Part shown: piece by piece, positions 24,548 through 32,000 of the stretch
How the letters are laid out: every line of letters begins with the position of its first letter
Numbering within the stretch: the first letter of the stretch is position 1
NCBI GenBank assembly: GCA_028713935.1
Contig: JAQTNI010000008.1
Coordinates: forward strand, 1 to 32,000
Direction: 5' to 3'
Source: Candidatus Iainarchaeum sp.
GTDB lineage: Archaea > Iainarchaeota > Iainarchaeia > Iainarchaeales > GCA-2688035
Length of the DNA stretch: 32,000 bases
Made by a program: the position numbers and the translations under genes
The notes under the pieces: model-generated
Database searches by the model: none
Seen by the model: the letters and a program-made list of their open reading frames with translations, nothing else
What the model was told of the DNA's origin: nothing

Positions 24548-25645
24548 ATGCCAAACAATGTTTTTGAAAAATCATCAAAACTCAATCCTGTTTTCAAGGA
24601 TGAGCGTTTTTTGTATCCGGAATTTGTGCCTGAAAGGCTGCCTCACAGGGATTCTGAGATTGACGCGCTTGTTTATGCGCTCAAGCCAGTAACAGAGGGA
24701 AAAAAGCCCCAGAATGTTTTTCTTGCAGGAAAGCCGGGAACGGGGAAAACAGTGACTGCAAAGTTTGTCCTGAAAGAGCTTGAAGAATATTCCGACAGGG
24801 CAAAATTCTTGTATGTGAATTGCTTCAGGCTGAACACTCGGCATTCTGTTTTGACTGAAATTTCAAATTTTTTGGGCCTGCCTATTTCAAGGAGAGGCAC
24901 TTCTTCCGATGAGGCTCTTGACTCTGTTTTGCAGGCATTCAAAAAAATTTCTTTTACGCCAATAATTATTTTTGACGAGCTTGACCAGCTTGTTTTTCAG
25001 GGAGAAGCATCAGCACTTTTTTACGATCTCCTGAGAATTTTTGAATTCAGCAAGGCGCGCTTTGGAATAGTGATAATAAGCAACAATCCTGAAATTTTGC
25101 AGCAGCTTGATTCAAGGGTAAGAAGCAGCCTGATGCCTGAAACAATTGCCTTTGAAACTTACAATCCGCAGCAATTGAAAGACATCCTAAAAGAAAGGGC
25201 GCAGTTTGCTTTTTTTCCCGAAGCAGTTGAAGCGGATGCAATTAGCGTGGCAGCTGCCCATGCAGCAAAGCTTGGCGGGGATGCAAGAGTTGCAATTGAA
25301 TGCCTGTTAAAGGCAGGCAGGCTTGCTGAAAAGCAGAATGCAAAAAAAGTTTCTGTTGCTCACCTAAAAGAGGTTTTTTCAGGCATTGAAAACAGGGCAA
25401 TGCAGAAGGCAGAGCCTTTTTTAAGCGAGCACGAAAAATTAATTCTTTCTCTTGTGCCTCCAAATGAAAAAATTTCTTCCGGTTCTTTGTACAAAAAATT
25501 TTCCTTAAAATCAGGCCAAAAAATTTCGCAAAGGAGATTCAGGGCTTTTGTTTCAGCGCTTGAAAAAAAAGGCCTTCTGGAATGCGCTTTCACTGAAAAA
25601 GGCGTGAGAGGAAGGACAAGAATGATTGCATTGAAGGCGAAATAA
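24548..25645 (+). CDS. cdc6: Orc1/Cdc6 replication initiator
   Basis: Motifs seen are LPHRDSEIDAL, Walker A GKPGTGKT, Walker B IIIFDELD, GDARVAIECL and a C-terminal winged helix. The ATG is at 24548; the ORF-track TTG is at 24527. Confidence 0.9.
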   Translation: MPNNVFEKSSKLNPVFKDERFLYPEFVPERLPHRDSEIDALVYALKPVTEGKKPQNVFLAGKPGTGKTVTAKFVLKELEEYSDRAKFLYVNCFRLNTRHSVLTEISNFLGLPISRRGTSSDEALDSVLQAFKKISFTPIIIFDELDQLVFQGEASALFYDLLRIFEFSKARFGIVIISNNPEILQQLDSRVRSSLMPETIAFETYNPQQLKDILKERAQFAFFPEAVEADAISVAAAHAAKLGGDARVAIECLLKAGRLAEKQNAKKVSVAHLKEVFSGIENRAMQKAEPFLSEHEKLILSLVPPNEKISSGSLYKKFSLKSGQKISQRRFRAFVSALEKKGLLECAFTEKGVRGRTRMIALKAK

Positions 25646-25646
25646 A

Positions 25647-26228
25647 ATGGTTATTCATCCAAACAAGCCGATTATTTTCAGCGTAGTGCACGAACCTCCA
25701 AACGTCGAAGCAGCATTGGAAGAATTCAAAAAAGCGATTCAAGGCAAAAAAGTTCTTTTTATTGAATTGATGCAAAAAAGCATAGACCAGATTCTTGTGC
25801 AAGGCAAGTATAATTTCGATTTGAAAATTAAATCTTATCAACGTTTGTGTTTGGAAGCGCATCAAGCAGGGCTGAGAGTGATCCCACTGGATATTGAAGC
25901 CGGCGATATGTTCGATGTTGACTTTCGTTCTCATGGCAGAAGCAGGATTTCTTACCAACTTTTTCACAAGCGCGAGAAACATTGGTCAGAGTTACTGCGT
26001 AATGCAGAAAGCAATTCTGTTGCAGTTATGCATCCTACACATGCATTGGAAATTGCAAGGCTGCTGAAGCTGCCTAAGGAAAATATTCTTGGAGATATTG
26101 CAATGCGGGGCCCTTCATTTTTGCTTCAAAGGGAAGTTTCAGAGCTTGAAAGAATCCGCATTGAGAAGGAAAGACTTGAAAGGAATAGGCGGCGTGCAAT
26201 CGCAAGGGCAAGAAAGCCATTGGCCTGA
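25647..26228 (+). CDS. Hypothetical protein coupled to orc1/cdc6 (basic C-terminal tail)
   Basis: This 193-aa ORF has its ATG 1 nt after the cdc6 stop. His-containing strand motifs are present (IIFSVVHEPP, VLFIEL, VAVMHPTHALEIARLL). The tail reads RNRRRAIARARKPLA. Confidence 0.55.
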   Translation: MVIHPNKPIIFSVVHEPPNVEAALEEFKKAIQGKKVLFIELMQKSIDQILVQGKYNFDLKIKSYQRLCLEAHQAGLRVIPLDIEAGDMFDVDFRSHGRSRISYQLFHKREKHWSELLRNAESNSVAVMHPTHALEIARLLKLPKENILGDIAMRGPSFLLQREVSELERIRIEKERLERNRRRAIARARKPLA

Positions 26229-26295
26229 ATTGGTTGGCAATCCGCAAGTATTAAAAAAGGAAATTATCATTACTTAATTATTCTGAGTGAATCTT

Positions 26296-27246
26296 ATGCC
26301 TGTGAAGAAGAAAAAAAAACTTTTGAGAAAAGCCAGTGCAAAATCCGTTAAGGCTCTTGCAAGCAAGACTGCGAAAGCCAGTGCTAAACTGAAAAAGACT
26401 GATTCAAAAATTAAATCTGATTTGGTAAAACTTAAGGCAGAGCTTGCAAAGCTGAAGAAAAACCCCAAGGCAAAAAAGCGCGAATTGAATGAATATAATC
26501 TTTTTATGCGCAAGCAGCTGCGCCTTGGAAAAACTTTCAAGCAGGCTGTTGCTGCCTGGAAAAGGTTCAAAAAGCTTTTGTCAAAAAGAAAGCCTTCTGC
26601 TTACAATTCTTTTATTGCTTCGCAGTTGAAGCAGGGCAGAAGTTTTCCGCAGGCAGTTGCATTTTGGAAGGCACAGAAAAAGGGCGCAAAGTTAAAGCAG
26701 AAAGTAAAAATCCGGCGCGTGGTTGTAAAAGCCAAGCCAAAGTTAAAATACAGGACTCGCATAAAAAGGGTTCTTGTAAAATCAAAGCCTAAAATAAAAT
26801 ACCGCATCAGGACAAGGATTATTGAGAAACCTGTCGAGCCAGCTGAAAAAACAGAAGTCATTTCCCTGCCTGTCCAGATTGAGGATATTGTTGAAAAGGT
26901 TTCAAAGAAGCTCAAATATCCTGAGCACGGCTTGCCTGTTGAGGAAATTGCTTACAGGATGCTGACTCTTTATTTTGAAGAGCTTGCAAGGCTTGGCTTG
27001 AAAAGGAATGTTTCTTTGAACGAGCTTGTTGACATTTACCAGTATTCCCTGAACAAGATTTCCCAGAAGCTTGGGAATTCCGAAAAAAGCCTTTTGCACG
27101 AGGAAGAAATTGCCCACAGGATAGTAAAACTCTATTTTTTGGAGCTTGCAAGGTTTGGCAGGAAAAGGACAACTTCTCTGGATGAGCTTATTGACGCATA
27201 CTTTTTGGTTTTATCAAAAATCGGCCCTGCGCCAAAAACAGCTTAA
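26296..27246 (+). CDS. Lysine-rich protein with three internal duplications (YABBY/HMG-like repeat pair)
   Basis: The ATG is at 26296. The repeat pairs are ELNEYNLFMRKQLRLGKTFKQAVAAWKRFKK / KPSAYNSFIASQLKQGRSFPQAVAFWKAQKK, then KAKPKLKYRTRIKRV / KSKPKIKYRIRTRII, then LPVEEIAYRMLTLYFEELARLGLKRNVSLNELVDIY / LHEEEIAHRIVKLYFLELARFGRKRTTSLDELIDAY. Confidence 0.65.
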   Translation: MPVKKKKKLLRKASAKSVKALASKTAKASAKLKKTDSKIKSDLVKLKAELAKLKKNPKAKKRELNEYNLFMRKQLRLGKTFKQAVAAWKRFKKLLSKRKPSAYNSFIASQLKQGRSFPQAVAFWKAQKKGAKLKQKVKIRRVVVKAKPKLKYRTRIKRVLVKSKPKIKYRIRTRIIEKPVEPAEKTEVISLPVQIEDIVEKVSKKLKYPEHGLPVEEIAYRMLTLYFEELARLGLKRNVSLNELVDIYQYSLNKISQKLGNSEKSLLHEEEIAHRIVKLYFLELARFGRKRTTSLDELIDAYFLVLSKIGPAPKTA

Positions 27247-27273
27247 AGCCTTTTCCTGCACAGCAGGTTCAGT

Positions 27274-27663
27274 TTATTTTCTATTCTTCAAATAATTCCC
27301 TTTTTTCGGAATGATATTTCTTACGCCGCCTCTGGGGTCTGAAGTGTCCCCGAAATAACGTGGCATTAGGTGGATGTGCAGATGCGTTATTGTTTGCCCG
27401 GCTGCCTTTCCGTTGTTGATTCCGATATTGTAGCCATCGGGGAAATATTTTTTGGAAAGCAGTTGTTTTGCTTTTTTCAGCAAGTCATAAAACAGTTCAA
27501 GTTCTCTGCTGTTGAAATCAAAAAAAGACTTTTTGTGCTCTTTTGGCACTATCAACATATGCCCTTTTGTTACTGGATTCAAGTCAAAAAGGCAGTAATA
27601 TTGTTCATTTTCAAGTACCCCTGCTTTCTTGCAGGCTTGACTGCAAAATACGCATTCTTTCAT
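27274..27663 (-). CDS. HIT (histidine triad) family nucleotide hydrolase/transferase
   Basis: The histidine triad is HLHIHLMPR, with an upstream CVFC and NPVTKGHMLIVPKEH. Confidence 0.85.
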   Translation of the reverse strand: MKECVFCSQACKKAGVLENEQYYCLFDLNPVTKGHMLIVPKEHKKSFFDFNSRELELFYDLLKKAKQLLSKKYFPDGYNIGINNGKAAGQTITHLHIHLMPRYFGDTSDPRGGVRNIIPKKGNYLKNRK

Positions 27664-27678
27664 TAAACCATCTGAATG

Positions 27679-27999
27679 TCATTTTTTCAATTCTGTTATT
27701 CTAGCTTGAACAGTTCTTATTCTGTTTTTTAAGTCTACACTTTGTGAAGCTTTATCTGCCTGCAGCCGGCCTGAAATTCTTCTTTCGTCATCCCAAATGC
27801 CTTGCTGGTTTCTGGCAGGGTCTGTTCTTTTGGTTTCCCTGAGTTCTTGTATGTCGTCCAAATAATATCGCCTGCTCTGTTCGGTTTCCGCCGATTTTTG
27901 CTGCAGGCGTGCAAGCTCTGCTTCAAGCCGTCGTATCTGCCAGTTTCGCACAAAACGCGGCTTTGCTCTGCCCAAAAATCTCCTGATTCTGCCTGCCAT
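27679..27999 (-). CDS. Hypothetical coiled-coil protein (N-terminus MAGRIR...)
   Basis: This 106-aa ORF starts 2 nt after the upstream GTPase stop. I recognised no family. Confidence 0.5.
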   Translation of the reverse strand: MAGRIRRFLGRAKPRFVRNWQIRRLEAELARLQQKSAETEQSRRYYLDDIQELRETKRTDPARNQQGIWDDERRISGRLQADKASQSVDLKNRIRTVQARITELKK

Positions 28000-28001
28000 T
28001 T

Positions 28002-29195
28002 TTATCCCTTGAAAATTATTTCTATTGCGTCCCTGTGTTTCAGCAGGTGTTCTTTGCCCACTGCTTGTTTTGTTTTTACATCAATTGCCCTGATGAAGCC
28101 TTCTCCCATTGTTGTGTGGAGCTTGAATGCAAAATCAAGAGCTGTTGAATTTGGCGGAAGCAAAAAAACATCAGGCAGAATCCTGCCTTCAGAATCCGCA
28201 AGCTTGTGGACTCCTGCGGGAAAAACAGCAAAATATTTTAACAGGTCAAAAACAGTTTTTTCAAGAACTTCCTGTATTCCTGTTGAATCGTATTTGTCAA
28301 GCACGATTTTCTGGATTGCTTCAAGAACCTGTGCCTGTTTTTCGTTTAAAGGGGAATTTTTTAAGAATTTTTCAGAGCCTGCATCATATTCTATCAGGCC
28401 TTGTTTTGTAGCCTTTTTCAATGCAAGTTCCGCAAAACCAGAACAAGGGATAATCATTGAATCAGGAAATTTTTCTTTTAACCTTTGAATATTTTTTTCC
28501 GCTGCAGGAATATCCGCCTTGTTTGCAGCAATCACAATCGGCTTTGAGGCTTCCCTCAGTCCAAAAGCAAATTCTTTCTGGTCTTGTTCTTGCCATTGCA
28601 CAAGCTTTTTTTCCAACAAGCCTGTTTTTTTCAGCGCTTCTTCAATCTGGCTTTCTTTCACTGACAAGCCGCTTAATGCCCTTGAAAAAGCCTCTAACAA
28701 TTTTTGTTTTGATTCAAAAGGCGCTTTTGAAATTTTTGGCCAGTTTTTCTGCACAATTCCAAAAAACCACAGGCCTATTTCCTGTTCAAGGAATTCAACA
28801 TCATTGCAGGGGTCATGGCTTCCTGCTGCAACTGGCTCTCCTTTTTCATTTGTGCTGCCAGAAGCGTCAATCACATGGATAAGCGCGTCTGCCCTGCTTA
28901 AATCAGACAAAAAAGCATTTCCCCTTCCTTTTCCTTCGGAAGCCCCCGGAACAAGGCCCGCAACATCAATCAATTCAATTGGAACAAATCTTACGTGGTT
29001 TTTGCAATAGCCAGTGCGCGGATTGCATTGCACGCCAAATTCCTTGTCAATGCATTCAACCCTTACAAATCCAATTCCCTTGTTTGGCTCTATTGTTGTG
29101 AAAGGGTAATTTGCAATTGCAACATCAATTAAGGTTGCGGCTGAAAAAAAAGTGCTTTTTCCAGAAGAAGGCTTTCCAACTACTCCAATCAGCAT
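28002..29195 (-). CDS. Obg-family P-loop GTPase, YchF/OLA1-like (archaeal type, TGS-like C-terminus)
   Basis: G1 is GKPSSGKST, G2 is YPFTTIEPN, G3 is DVAGLVPGASEGKGRGNAFL and G4 is NKAD. Confidence 0.8.
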   Translation of the reverse strand: MLIGVVGKPSSGKSTFFSAATLIDVAIANYPFTTIEPNKGIGFVRVECIDKEFGVQCNPRTGYCKNHVRFVPIELIDVAGLVPGASEGKGRGNAFLSDLSRADALIHVIDASGSTNEKGEPVAAGSHDPCNDVEFLEQEIGLWFFGIVQKNWPKISKAPFESKQKLLEAFSRALSGLSVKESQIEEALKKTGLLEKKLVQWQEQDQKEFAFGLREASKPIVIAANKADIPAAEKNIQRLKEKFPDSMIIPCSGFAELALKKATKQGLIEYDAGSEKFLKNSPLNEKQAQVLEAIQKIVLDKYDSTGIQEVLEKTVFDLLKYFAVFPAGVHKLADSEGRILPDVFLLPPNSTALDFAFKLHTTMGEGFIRAIDVKTKQAVGKEHLLKHRDAIEIIFKG

Positions 29196-29377
29196 TTTGA
29201 AACCCCAAAAATTGTATTATGTCAAATACTTAATATTATTGCATCCTGTTAACCTAACTTCTGTCAAATTCCTTTTTTGAGCATTTAAATAGGGTTATGT
29301 TATAGCATAATCTTGCTTGTGGCGCAGTAGCCCAAAATACACTGCATTTAAGAATTGTAGTCACCTAATTATATTGT

Positions 29378-30316
29378 ATGTTTGTTGAAGTCAGGGAAGC
29401 TGCGGGAAAGAAAAAATACTATTTGGTCTATTCTTTCAGGCATGGCAAGAAAGTCAAGAAAATCAGAAGATACCTTGGCACAAATCTAAGCAAAGAAAAA
29501 CTCTCTGAATTGCGAAAGATTGCAGAACAACAGATAGCCCAAAGAGTTAATGTTTTCAAGAAAATCAGCGACCCCTTGCTTGAAGTTCTTTCAGAGGGAG
29601 AAATACAAAAAATAAAAGAATTGCAGGAAAACAAGCAATTCAAAATATTCCACTTGTCAGAAGAAGAATGGAAAAGGTTCTCGGAAGTTTTTACCTATAA
29701 CACCAATGCAATTGAAGGCTCGGAATTAAACCAGAAAGAAGTAAAGGAAATACTTGAAAAAGACAAGTGGCCGAAAGACAAAAGCAAAGAAGACATTTCC
29801 GAAGCATACGGGGTAAAAGAAGCAATTCAATTCATTAGGGAAACCAAAGAGCACGTTTCAATAGAATTAATCAAAAAAATACACAAAATTATCTTTGAGA
29901 ACTCAAAATCCTATGCGGGCCAACTCAGGCAAAGAGGAATCGAGGTCGTCGTAAGGGATGGATTGGGCAACACAGTGCATGAAGGCGCACCATCAGAAAA
30001 AGTAACAGAACTGTTGAAAGAGCTTGTTGAATGGTACAACAAATGCAAAAAGAAGTATCCCCCGATATTGCTTGCGAGCGTTGTCCACAACCAGTTTGAA
30101 AACATCCATCCGTTCCAAGACGGGAACGGCAGGGTCGGCAGGATATTAATGAGCAACATACTCATAAAACACGGGCTTCCGCCGGTCAACATTGACCTCA
30201 AGAATAGAAAAAAATACTATCAAGCACTGCAAGAATACGAAAAAAACCATGACACGAGGCCAACAATAGAATTATTGTTAGAGGAATACAAGCAACTCAA
30301 AAAACAATTAAGGTGA
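29378..30316 (+). CDS. Fic domain protein (AMPylase-type) with N-terminal inhibitory-helix motif
   Basis: The Fic motif is HPFQDGNGRVGR. The upstream TNAIEG matches the (S/T)xxxE(G/N) autoinhibition motif. Confidence 0.85.
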   Translation: MFVEVREAAGKKKYYLVYSFRHGKKVKKIRRYLGTNLSKEKLSELRKIAEQQIAQRVNVFKKISDPLLEVLSEGEIQKIKELQENKQFKIFHLSEEEWKRFSEVFTYNTNAIEGSELNQKEVKEILEKDKWPKDKSKEDISEAYGVKEAIQFIRETKEHVSIELIKKIHKIIFENSKSYAGQLRQRGIEVVVRDGLGNTVHEGAPSEKVTELLKELVEWYNKCKKKYPPILLASVVHNQFENIHPFQDGNGRVGRILMSNILIKHGLPPVNIDLKNRKKYYQALQEYEKNHDTRPTIELLLEEYKQLKKQLR

Positions 30317-30342
30317 CCACAAAATAGCAAGGCGTGGCCACC
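30312..30342. terminator. Imperfect hairpin between convergent Fic and aldo/keto reductase genes
   Basis: ggtgaccac (30312-30320) and gtggccacc (30334-30342) pair at 8 of 9 positions around a 13-nt loop. Its role as a terminator is inferred only from position. Confidence 0.3.
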
Positions 30343-30368
30343 CAGTGATAACTAATTGCTGCTTGCGC

Positions 30369-31373
30369 TTAGAATGAGTAAAAATTTCTTTCCCAAACAT
30401 GTTTCCTGAGCTCTTTCAACAATGCGGGAGAAAGAATTTTTCCGTCTGAAATAGCAGTGTTTTGTTTTACATATTCTGTTTTCCGCATTCCGGGGATTGC
30501 AGTGGAAACTTCTTTGAAGGACAAAACATACCTCAATGCCAGTTCCGGAAGGCTCTTGGCTTCATTGCCAAGCAGTTTTTTCAGGGCATCAGTTCTTTTC
30601 ACAAGTTCTTTCAGCCTTTCATTTGCAAAATATTTTTTCCTGAAATCGCCTTCCTGAAAAACAGTGTTTTCAGTTACCTTCCCTGACAGCCCGCCTTCAT
30701 CAAGCGGCACTCTTGCGATTAAGCCAATTTTATTTTTTCTGGTATATGGAAACAATTCTTCAATTGGTTTTTGATGAAAAATATTGAATATGAACTGAAT
30801 AGTGGATATCAGGCCGGTATCCAGAGTTTGGATGCAACTGGATGGCTCGTAATCGTTTATTGATATCCCCCAATGCTTTACCTTTCCTTCCCTGCTAATT
30901 TTTTGCATGGTTTTTTTCCAGCCTTCTTCTTTTGCAAAGCTGTCCTGCCATACATGAAACTGAACCAGGTCAATGCTGTCAACTCCCAAACTGTTCAATG
31001 AATCGTCCACACATTTCTCAATATGGCCATCGGGAAATATTTGTGATATTGGGATTCCTTTCCTTGCAGGCCATTGGAAATTTTTTGGCGGTATTTTTGT
31101 TGCAATTATTATTTCCTCTCTTCTTCCTGATTCTTTCAAAAATTTTCCAATCAGTTCTTCAGAAGGATGCTTATTTGGTTCGGTTTTAGAGTATCCATAA
31201 ATCCAGGCAGTATCAATGAAATTTCCGCCCAATTCAACAAATTCATGCAGGGTATTCAAACTTTCTTTGAGGTCTGCCCCGACCCAGCAATTAGGGTCAT
31301 TGGCAAGTTGCCATGTTCCACAGCCAATCTCGGAAACCTTTAAACCAGTTTTCCCCAAAACCCTGTATTTCAT
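30369..31373 (-). CDS. Aldo/keto reductase family oxidoreductase
   Basis: The N-terminus MKYRVLGKTGLKVSEIGCGTWQL...GGNFIDTAWIYG is a typical AKR N-terminus and catalytic Tyr context. The ATG is at 31373; the ORF-track GTG is at 31382. Confidence 0.85.
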   Translation of the reverse strand: MKYRVLGKTGLKVSEIGCGTWQLANDPNCWVGADLKESLNTLHEFVELGGNFIDTAWIYGYSKTEPNKHPSEELIGKFLKESGRREEIIIATKIPPKNFQWPARKGIPISQIFPDGHIEKCVDDSLNSLGVDSIDLVQFHVWQDSFAKEEGWKKTMQKISREGKVKHWGISINDYEPSSCIQTLDTGLISTIQFIFNIFHQKPIEELFPYTRKNKIGLIARVPLDEGGLSGKVTENTVFQEGDFRKKYFANERLKELVKRTDALKKLLGNEAKSLPELALRYVLSFKEVSTAIPGMRKTEYVKQNTAISDGKILSPALLKELRKHVWERNFYSF

Positions 31374-31401
31374 TCCAATCACCCATATTGCAATAGTTAA
31401 T

Positions 31402-32000
31402 CTAACGTTTCTTATCAGAATATTCCCAGTGCTGCGGAAGAGTAAATTTCATTCCTTGGGTTCTTCTTTTGGCAACAATGCTGTTTTGCATTTTTCCAGA
31501 AAATATGTTTGCCCCAAGCTGGCCCACTGGAACATTTTTTGTTACATATGTGTAGGTCTTGGAGTCAACCAGCCCCTCCAAAGAATATGCTGCAACTGGC
31601 TCTAAAAGAAAAATTGGCCTTTCTGATTCCGGAACTTCAACCATTCTTATTAATTTGTATTCAATCCAAGACATCGCTTCCCTGATTATCGGCACATTTA
31701 ATTTTTGTGAGTCCTGCAAGGTAAATCCACTGTCCTTGATTTTTTTATTGCCGGAATTATAACTTCCGTCAGAAAGCACATACATCTTTTCAACATCTTT
31801 TTGTTTTGGCCAGAGAAAATTTGCAACTGCCTCTCCTGTCTCAAGCAACCCAGCGTAAGTTTTTCTTGTGCCAGTAACAGATACCAAATGGACTGGAGGC
31901 CCGGCACTCTCAAATGGCCCAGTATGCTTTGGGGGCCTTTTGCCCTGCAATGTCAAAGTCGACATGGGGGCAGCATCATAATCAAAATCAGGGTTGTATG
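31402..32000 (-). CDS. Flavin reductase-like (FMN-binding split-barrel) protein, probably 5'-truncated by the window edge
   Basis: TYAGLLETGEAVANFL...KIKDSGFTLQDSQKLNVPIIREAMSWIEYKLIRMVEV...IFLLEPVAAY resembles the flavin reductase domain pattern. The reading frame stays open upstream of the ATG at 31965 (…YNPDFDYDAAP) to position 32000. Confidence 0.4.
   Translation of the reverse strand, partial: YNPDFDYDAAPMSTLTLQGKRPPKHTGPFESAGPPVHLVSVTGTRKTYAGLLETGEAVANFLWPKQKDVEKMYVLSDGSYNSGNKKIKDSGFTLQDSQKLNVPIIREAMSWIEYKLIRMVEVPESERPIFLLEPVAAYSLEGLVDSKTYTYVTKNVPVGQLGANIFSGKMQNSIVAKRRTQGMKFTLPQHWEYSDKKR

Noticed and set aside
1-32000. A scan by eye of the whole window for tRNA or rRNA genes (T-arm GTTCRAAT-type motifs) and for CRISPR-like regularly spaced repeats.
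   Set aside because: I found none. The few TTCGAA or TTCAAAT occurrences lie inside well-supported CDSs without flanking acceptor or anticodon stem complementarity. A tRNAscan or Infernal run would be needed to be definitive.

Overview
This is a densely coding chromosomal segment (about 39 protein genes) from an archaeon. The archaeal assignment rests on several hallmark genes. These are an RFC small subunit interrupted by a LAGLIDADG intein, Orc1/Cdc6, a Cdc48-type double AAA+ ATPase, a type IA topoisomerase, Lrp/AsnC and ArsR regulators, an archaeal-type MiaB-like methylthiotransferase, endonuclease IV, and six proteins with class III (type IV pilin-like) signal peptides. Many genes have AT-rich TATA-like boxes about 25-45 nt upstream of their starts. 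The mix of housekeeping genes with many small orphan and membrane proteins suggests a small-genome, possibly DPANN-like archaeon, but that lineage guess is inference only. I saw no rRNA, tRNA or CRISPR array by eye. The items most worth following up are listed here. (1) An AT-richer left-end block encodes a PIN + GNAT-like + ASCH fusion followed by a solo ASCH gene. (2) Two tandem paralogous orphan genes are translationally coupled to topA, and a further orphan is coupled to orc1/cdc6. (3) A lysine-rich protein is built from three internal duplications, one of them YABBY/HMG-like. (4) An NFACT-R-only gene sits directly upstream of cdc48. (5) The pilin cluster is bracketed by a membrane-anchored ArsR regulator and an M50 site-2 protease. 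(6) An NrdD-like protein has ATP-cones but no glycyl-radical C-terminus. All family calls come from motif recognition by eye, and no database search was run.
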